Source: a virus
Taxonomy: Duplodnaviria > Caudoviricetes
DNA length: 57,279 nucleotides
Virus record (IMG/VR): IMGVR_UViG_3300042309_002674
Span: 1 to 57,279 of that record
Reading direction: 5' to 3' (one strand)
Shown here piece after piece: positions 35,969 to 44,900 of the stretch. The notes beneath the pieces are model-generated. The model saw only the letters and a list, made by a program, of their open reading frames with translations. It was not told the DNA's origin and searched no databases. Made by a program: the position numbers and the translations under genes. Numbering within the stretch: the stretch's first letter is position 1; each line of letters begins with the position of its first letter.

Positions 35969-38900
35969 ATGGCTAGACCATCAATTCCAGTAGATGTAAT
36001 AGGTAATACAGCGCAGCTTAGAAGGCAAATAGAAGAGCTTTCTAAAACGCCTGTAGTTTTAAATATTCAAGGCGCTGGCGGCAGAGGCGCCAGAGGTTTA
36101 GAGAGACAATCTTCAGCTATATCTGATATAGGCACTGGGTTAGCTGCTGGTGGAGCAGCCGCCAGATCTTTCAATCAGCCCCTTGGAAAAATAAATGGAA
36201 ATGTATCTGAAATTGATAAATCTTTAGGTGCTGCCAATGCTCGCGTTATTGCTTTCGGAGCGGCTGCTGGTGGTATTTTCGCACTTCAAAATGCTGTGGG
36301 TCAATTATTTACTTCATTTGTAAATACAGAAAAAAAACTTGCAGAAATAAATACAGTTTTTAATCTTGATCAGGGAGGACTTAAATCTTTTGGAAAGCAA
36401 ATATTTAAAACCGCAGGGCAAACTGGGCAGTCGTTTGATACGGCAAGCGAAGCAGCGTTAGAATTTTCTAGACAAGGTCTTGGTGTTGAAGAGACAACAA
36501 AAAGAACAAGAGACGCACTTGTGTTGTCAAGGCTTAGTGGTCTTGATGCCGCTTCAAGCGTTAATGCGCTAACCGCTTCTGTAAACTCATACAGAAAAGA
36601 GGGAATTACAACCGGGCAAGTTGTTAATAAATTAGCAAATGTTGATGCTGGCTTTGCGGTAAGTTCTGCTGATTTGGCTGAAGCATTAAGTCGTGTTGGC
36701 TCTAGCGCCCAAGACGCTGGGGTGTCATTTGATGAATTAATTGCTCTTGTAACATCTGCACAACAAACAACTGCCCGTGGCGGTGCTGTAATTGGTAACT
36801 CATTAAAAACAATATTTACAAGATTAAATAGAGAGAAAACAACAGAACTCTTTGAAGGCTTGGGTATTTCTACATTAGACGAACAGGGAAATGAAAAAAA
36901 TCAAATTGGCCTATTGAAAGATCTTGCTGGTGTTTATGGCACGCTTGGAACACAGCAAAAAAACTATGTAGCTGAGCAGGTTGGTGGGGTGTTTCAATTA
37001 AACATATTAAAAGCTGCCTTATCTGACTTGGGTAGACAGTATTCTGTATATGATAGGGCATTACAAACATCTCTTGGGTCAACAAATCAGGCAGACAAAA
37101 GAAATGAACAATTAAATCAAACGTTGTCAGGTCTAGGCACTCAAACGCTTGCAAATGTTCAAAGCGCTGCTTCCACTATTGGCGGCGAACTGTTTGCTCC
37201 TGCAGCAAAAAATGTTTTAAATATCGGCAATTTTCTTGCTCAAGGAGTTAATGAATCTGAGAGTTCAAGTGTTGGTACGAAACTAGGTCAAGGTATAATT
37301 AGTGGACTAGGTTCTTTTTTAGGTGGACCAGGGTTGGCATTGATTGGTGCTGTTTTAGCAAAACTTTTTGGTGATTTTTCAAAATATGGAGCAAGTGCTG
37401 GCAAGAGCTTGTTGGGGCTAGATCAAGCAGCAAAAAATCAAGCAACAATCCAACAAAGCGTTGCTGGTTATTTACAAAAAAATGCAAGTCTTTATAGTGC
37501 AATAGCTAGCGGACAAACTTCAGTAACTTCGGCCGCAAAACAATATTTACAAGTTATAAATCAGCAGAGCGCAGCACTGCAAGCTCAAGCAGCTATAGCT
37601 AAACAAGTAGCAGCAGCTGTTACGGCAAATGTTGGTAGATCTGCAACAACCCCAGTAGTTGTGCCATCAACTGCGTCAGGAAAAAAAACAAGATTTTCTG
37701 GATTTATACCAAATTTTGGAACAAGAGATTATTATCAAGAAGTTGAAAATGCAGGCGCATCAAATCATAAGAATGGTTATAGGGCCGGTATATTGAAAGG
37801 AGTAACTGTTCATGACGGCATGGGTAATAAAGAGCGCGCTTGGATGACATCTAGAGAATCAAAAAAAACATTTACAAATGCTTCTGGTTTTAAAGCTACG
37901 CAAATAACGCCACCTAATGGTTTTAGTTCAGATACTATGATGGCAAGCTCTGGGTTTGTTCCAAATTTTGGAGCATTTAGAGGGCCAGTAACCAAAGAAG
38001 AAATTGAAATCGCCAAAAAACAAATGGCAGAATCTGGTCGCGCCGGATACTTAAAAAGAGTGGGCGCTGAACTTACAGATCAACAAATAGCAAAAGAGTT
38101 GAGAAATAGCACTTTACCAATGGATCCTGTTGGTAGGGGTAAAGCTTTAAATGACAAAATACAATCTTTAACTGAAGGTGCGGCTACCCGATTCAATAAG
38201 CAAGTTGCAATTATAAATCAAAGACGGCAATCTATTGGATTAGCTCCATTAACAGAATCTAGAATTGCGCAGCTAGAAAGTGCCGGAGCAAAGCAGCCGA
38301 CACAAAATGAGTGGAATGAGCTTTTTAAAAATCAATATAGAAAAATTAGTTCCGCGGAATATGACGCAGCTATAGCTAAAGATGCAAAATTAAGAGGTGA
38401 ATCTGGTTTTAGAAAGGGCGGTTATATAGCTAGACCAGATACTCCTGAAAATCAAGTAATTAATCTTGGTGATTTATCATCTAAACCAGGAGGGATTTCT
38501 TTAGTTCACTCAATGGAAAGGGGGCCACAAGCAATCACGGCGCAAACCCCAATAGACACAAAGAAGGGCGGGTCAGGAAAGGCTTATAGAGCTAGCGTAT
38601 TAACTTCTGGCATAGATACATCAGTTATAAAGGGGGCTCTGCCAAACACAAAGCAAAGAATGGAGGAAGCTGTAACTCAACTTGCAAATGATTTTGGTCG
38701 ATCTCTTGGCTTAAAAAATACATTAACAGTTGCAGATATTCCAAATGCTGGATCTGTAGCGAGCGCCGCTGGTGTTGCTTTTGAGCAGGCCCTAACAGGG
38801 TTTGTAAAAAGAAGCACAAGGAGAGCAGAAAATGCAAGGGTTGATTTTGCTGATCCTACTAATTTAAGAAAATTTTTCTATAATATACCAGGCATGTATG

Positions 38901-41900
38901 AAGCAAAACAAAATCCTGGTCCTAAAAACGTTCAAGATGTTATAAAAAAATATGTTGATACAAACAAAGAATTTCAGTCAGAGGCGGCAAGGGTAAAAAA
39001 ACCAAATATTGCTCCTTTTCGTGCTGGAAAATGGACGCCTAGTCCAGAAGAGCAAAAAAAACTTGAAGCTCTAAAATCACAACCCAAAACAAATAATCCA
39101 TATTTGCAAGCTTATTCTGGATTTATTCCGAATTTTGGCCCAAACATAGCCGCTATACAAAAGCTAATGACTCAAGGAGCAACGTCTGGTGAGAGACAGG
39201 CAGCTTTTGCTGCTATGCAAAGAATTCAATCAAATGCATTATCTAAGCTTGGAACTGGAGATAAATTAACAAAATTTAGAGAACTTTTGTATGGATCAAA
39301 ATCTAATGCCGGTTTTAATCTTGATGCTATAAAAATAAAAGATTTAAAGTATAAGCCTCTCCTTGCTGGTGCAAAAGAACTGGGTTTAAGCATGAAAGAT
39401 TTAGAATTGCTTGCTGGCAATCCAATTGCTATAAATCAGCTTAGAGGTTTAAGCGGTAAAACTAAATCTTCCTCATTTGCAAAAGGATTTTTACCATCTG
39501 GGTCTGGACAAAAATTAAATCCATTACTTGGAAGAAATAAATTTCAAGCAAATTGGATAAAAGAATTTGCTAAAAAAAATAATATTGATTTAAAAAATCC
39601 AGATGCAATGTTCAAAATTGCTTCTGCTTTTGCTAAAAAATATCCAAATGAACAGTCTATGTTTGGTTTTAATTCAGGCTTTATTCCCAATTTTGCTTCT
39701 GAATTTAAAACTGCACAAAAAAGAGCGGTAGGTGCTGAAAAATTATTTGGTAAGGGTGCTGTTATGGACGAATATAAAGGAATGAGCTACGTTCGTCAAC
39801 CTGGCCAATCATCTAATTTTAAAACAATGATGAAGCAGGATCATCCTGAGGGCTTTAAAGCTGCTGTGCAAAATTCAGCTGTTTCTCAAGGACTATCTCG
39901 CGGTTTTATACCTAATTTTGCGCCGAATGAAGAAGAATATGGCGGAGGATTAACGGCCTCTGCTCTTCAAGGGCTTTTGATGACGCTGGCTTTTACTTTA
40001 CCTCAAAGAGGATCAATGGCAGAGGGCATTGAACAAGAGCGCAGAAAAAATGCAGAGGCATTTATTAAAAAAAGATCAGAAGATCAAAAGTTTGAAGCGC
40101 AAAGAAGGGCTAACCAACAAAGATCAGATGCAGTTAGACAAAAACAATCTATTTTGAGCGAAAGAAGATCTGGAAAAATTACACAAGAAGAAGCTAGAAA
40201 AAAATATAATAACATTAACAAGGTCATAGCAAGCTCTGGTGAGGATTTAAAAAAATCTTTTATAAAGATAGATGAAAATTTACAAAAATCTAATGAAAGA
40301 TTGTCAACGAATCAAAAATATTTATCTAGAATAAATGAAGTTGCATTAAAAAATGCTGGAGCTACTGGTCGAGGCGCAAGCTTATTTGGCAAAGCTGCAT
40401 CTATTATACCTGGCGTTTCTCAAGAAAAGGCAGTTGCTGGGTTTGAGGGGTTAAAACAAAAAGGCAGAGGTATACGTGAATCACAAATATTTAAAGGGCC
40501 TGGCGCAGGGCTTGGCGGCGCAATAGCCGCACCTATATTAGCTGAAACAATAGCGGCGGAACTGGGCAGAGATACTACTGGGGGTCGAGTAGCAAGCGCG
40601 GCAGGCAATGCAGCTTCTTTTGCTTTAACTGGCGCAGCAATCGGTGGACCAAAGGGAGCATTGGTTGGCGGTCTTGTTGGTGGCGGAATGCTACTCAATG
40701 AAATAATAACTGCCAGAGGAAGTACGCTATCTGAAACATCTAAAGAGTCTGAAAAAGCAACTCAAGAAGCTGGAAGAATTAATGATTTAGCAGGTCAGGC
40801 GCTAAGTGATATTGGAGACTATTATGAAGCAGTTGGTTCGCAAGGGCCAGATTCAAAAAAAGCAAAAAAACTTAAAAAACAATTAACATCAACAATATCT
40901 AAATTTGGCCCAGACAGCGCTAAAAAATTATTCGAAGCTTTTTATCAAGGTCCAGAAAAATTTCAAGAAGAAATTGGCAAACAGCAAGACCAAGCAACTA
41001 AAGAACAAAAAACTCGTGAAGCCGGACAAGCATTATCAAAAATTTCAGAAGGTACTAGGGCTAGAAAAAGCTTTGCTGGTATTTTTACATCTCAGCTTCC
41101 AGATTTATTATTCGGTCAAGAAACAAAAGGTGGATTAAAAGGTTATACTTCGGATCTAGAAAAAGAAAATATTTCTGATACTGTTAGGCAGGGCTTGTTT
41201 GGTGGACTCGGCAGTCAAGAAATTCTTGATAGGGTTGAAAAAGATTTTGGCGGGGCAGGTAATTTAATAAAAATATTTACTGACGCTGAAGCAGCAACAA
41301 AAAAATTTGAAAAAAGAGTTAAAGAGCTTGGTGGTACTGGCGGTAGAAGTTTAGAAAAATTTGCTGAATCAATGGAATATGTTTATGGATCAAGCGAAGG
41401 CAAAGAGTTTTTAAGCACAATAGATAAGCAAAAAAAAGCACTACTAGATTTAACCGAAAAAGGTTTTGGCGCTTCACTTTCTGAATCTGGCAGAAAAGCA
41501 TTTTTAGAAAATTTAGATGTAACTGCTCTTAGGCAAGTTGGTGGAGATGTTGCTAAAGACATTGTAGATGCAAGGGGTATAATAAAACAAGAGGAAGATG
41601 TTAGAACTACACGTGGGGAATCAAACCAAATGCGCGTTGCCCAACAGATGGCAAAAGTACAATCTGAAATGCAAGATTATACTGGCCGAGGTGGAGAATC
41701 ATTTGGTGAAATAATTTCATCTTATCAAACAGGGGAGCTTAATAAGCTTGAAAGACAAAGATTGGCAGGCCCAACCCCAGACATAATAAGCTATAATGAA
41801 GAGAGAGAAGCCAAAAGACAAGAAAGAATTCAAAAATCACAAAGAAGATTAGATTTCTTACAGCAATACGGCGTCAAAGGTGGTAAATCCGATATGCAAA

Positions 41901-44900
41901 GTATCATTCAAGAGGCATATGGTGCAAGAATCGCAGAGGCTGAAGATCTTGGAATTGCTAACATGCCGGGGCTTAAACAGTCTATATTTGAAAATATAAG
42001 AAGACAAGTTTATGGTTTTGCTGGCAGAGGAGATGAAACGGCGCAATATGAAGTGGATATGAAAGCTGATGCGAAAAGGCGCCAGCAAGCCATGCCAGAA
42101 TATATTCAAAAAAAATCTCAATTTGAACAACAAATATCAGGATATGGGGCAGAACAGCTTGTTAAAGAGCAAGAGAAAGTAAAGAGCAATTTAGGCATAC
42201 AGCAAGAGCTATTGGGTTTAATGAGATCAGAGGCTGGAATGACTGGAGAGGGCGCTGCCCAAAAAATGATTCAAGGTATTGACAGAGAAATACAAGACAT
42301 GGGTCCTGTTTTTTCTTACGAAAAAGACAGACAAGACCAATTGCAGTCTTTAATTGAAAAAAGAAGTCAGGTTGAGAATTACTTACCTCAGTTAAGGCAA
42401 ACTAGTGATGATTATAATGTTATAAGGGGGCAAGAAGCAGGGTCAGAAATGATGATTCAAAGCATGCAGCAAATGCTTCAATCGCTAAGACAAGGAACGA
42501 AAGAACAGCCATCAGTGCCAGCTGAAGATAAGGATGCGTCAGGTAAGGCCACCAATCAGGCCGCAGCCAATATGGCCACTTCTGCAGATAAAATAGCTAG
42601 CGCAAGCGAAAAAGCTGCAAGCGCAATGTCAGCATTTGCCACAAGCGCAGCGTCTTCAATTGAAAAGTTGACAGCTTTATCTGCAATGCCAACGCCAGCA
42701 TCAAATGCCCCAAATACCTCTGCTATGGGATTTATACCTAATTTTGCAATGCCAAGCAAAAAAAATATAAATCAAACAAAAAATTTAGAATCTTTTGCTT
42801 CTGGAAAAACGGCTACATATCATACAAATCCATTTCCACACGTTAGAAATGCAGGACAGCCAACTTTTGGCTCGGCAATGAGAGATCATGGCGGATTAGA
42901 AAATGCACTCAATGATTCAGCAGAAATGCAGAAAAATTTTGCATCAGGATTTATTCCAAATTTTGCATCGTTTGGGGAGATTAAAGCTAAATTTAGTTCA
43001 AAGCCAGAATATTCTACAGCCTTTGGTAAAATTGATAAAATCAAAGATTTTTTTACAAATTTTAGAGCACCAGAGTTACCAATCCCTAATTTTGCTTATA
43101 ATCCAGAAATGGTTCCGGGCAATACCCCAAGAGCTATGAAAAAAGCCTTTGCAAATGTGCAGGAGGTTATTGCTATTGTATCTCAAAATTTAGGTTTTAA
43201 TGCCGGAAATGTAAATACGCCAACAAGCATGTCTACTGGAAAATACGGGCAAAAAGGGCGAGCGTTTGCTGCAGTAACAACAAGCAGTATGGGAGATAGC
43301 AATGTTTGGTTTTCTGACAGGCTGGGCAGAGGTAACACATTGGGGATTATAGCAAATGAGGCAACTCACGTGAATCAAGGTTTGAATATTTTGTATGATA
43401 GAAATTCATATACTAATAAGTTAAAATCCTTTACTGATTTTCTAGAATCAAAAGGTATGGTTACAGGAGCGCAAAGTGGCGGTGGGTTTAGCGATAATAG
43501 AAGGATTGCTTTTACCACAACTCAAGAAGACAGCATGGCTTCAATACAGAATAAAAAGAAAGAAATACAGGAAAAAGCAGACTTTAGTTTTAAAAAAGAT
43601 ATCTTAAAATCGGAATCTGAAATGTCTCAATTTGCAAAAATTACAACATCATCTTTGTCACAAAAAATTAGAGAACAATCAGAAAAAACATCTTCGACGG
43701 TAAAAAACCAACATGATAAAACATTAAGAGATATAGAGAACAGTTTTAATAAAAATCAATCATTGGCAAATCAAGAAATAGCGAATTTTGATCAAACGGT
43801 ATCTAGAAGACGAGGCGGTATAGGCTCTGAATTTAATCATTCTGGCGATCAGCAGGCGTATGAAACAGAGAGACTTTCATCATTAATGCATGGTTTGGTA
43901 AGTGGAATTCAGGTAGGAAATATAAATGCTCAAGACTTGGTTTCGTCTGGTGCTGCTGCAAATTACGATCAGGCAGTCCAAATAATCGAATCGGTGTCTG
44001 GCGCTGAGCAAATGCTTAGGAATTCAGGTATAAATGCTGCTCGCGGATTTATTCCGAACTTTTCAAATAGAAATTTGGCTGGGGTTTTAGAAAAGTTTCA
44101 AGCAAAAAATGCCAATTACAGATCTGGAATATTAAAAACTGTAACCGCACATGATGGTTTGGGAAACAGTTTTAAAACTTATGCTAATTCAAGAGAAGCA
44201 ATAACAAGAGGAACGAATGACTTGGGATATAAGGCAACTATGATTGAGCCACCAAATGGATTTAATTTTGCAGCAAAAGGTTATATTCCAAACTTTGCAC
44301 CTCGTGGCGGCGTTCGTGTTAAAAATAATTTTCAGCGCCAAATGAAAGAAGCATCAAATACTCGCCAAAAACTTTTGGGTCTAGATGAAACAACACAAAA
44401 AGCTATGGCAGAAGCGGCCGAGCAGAGACGTTCAGAAGCAGCTTATAGAGAACTTGAAAGAAGAAAAAATTCATCAATAGATGATGCAGTCAAATCCGAC
44501 CTAACTTCGGAATGGCAGAGGTTAATTGATTGGGGTAATGATCCTGATTATACTAGTAGACCAGATACGCTAAGATCGTATCTTGAACAAGATAAAGCTG
44601 CGCGCGCTAGATATGACAGGATGCAAGCTGCTATGTCTGGAAAAGAAAAAATAAATGAAAATTTTGAATTGGATACCAGAAACAGAATATCTCAGAGACT
44701 ACAAGAAAATAAAATAGATTTATCTCAACCAGAAAACCTGTCTCCTGATCAGAAATCTCGGGCATTTAAAATAGCAGAAGAGGAATGGGCCAAAAATATA
44801 GGAAGCCCAACGCTTGGTCCTGATAAGAAAATTGTTGGAAACTATCCTTCTGGATTTGAAAGCCCTATAGATAAACAGCAAATTCCTTGGAGTAGTGAAA

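Noticed and set aside
37700-44296. GFIPNF repeats as a DNA-level repeat array (CRISPR-like or DGR template/variable repeats)
   Set aside because: Copies differ at synonymous positions, spacing is irregular, and no reverse transcriptase or adenine-specific variant pair is visible.
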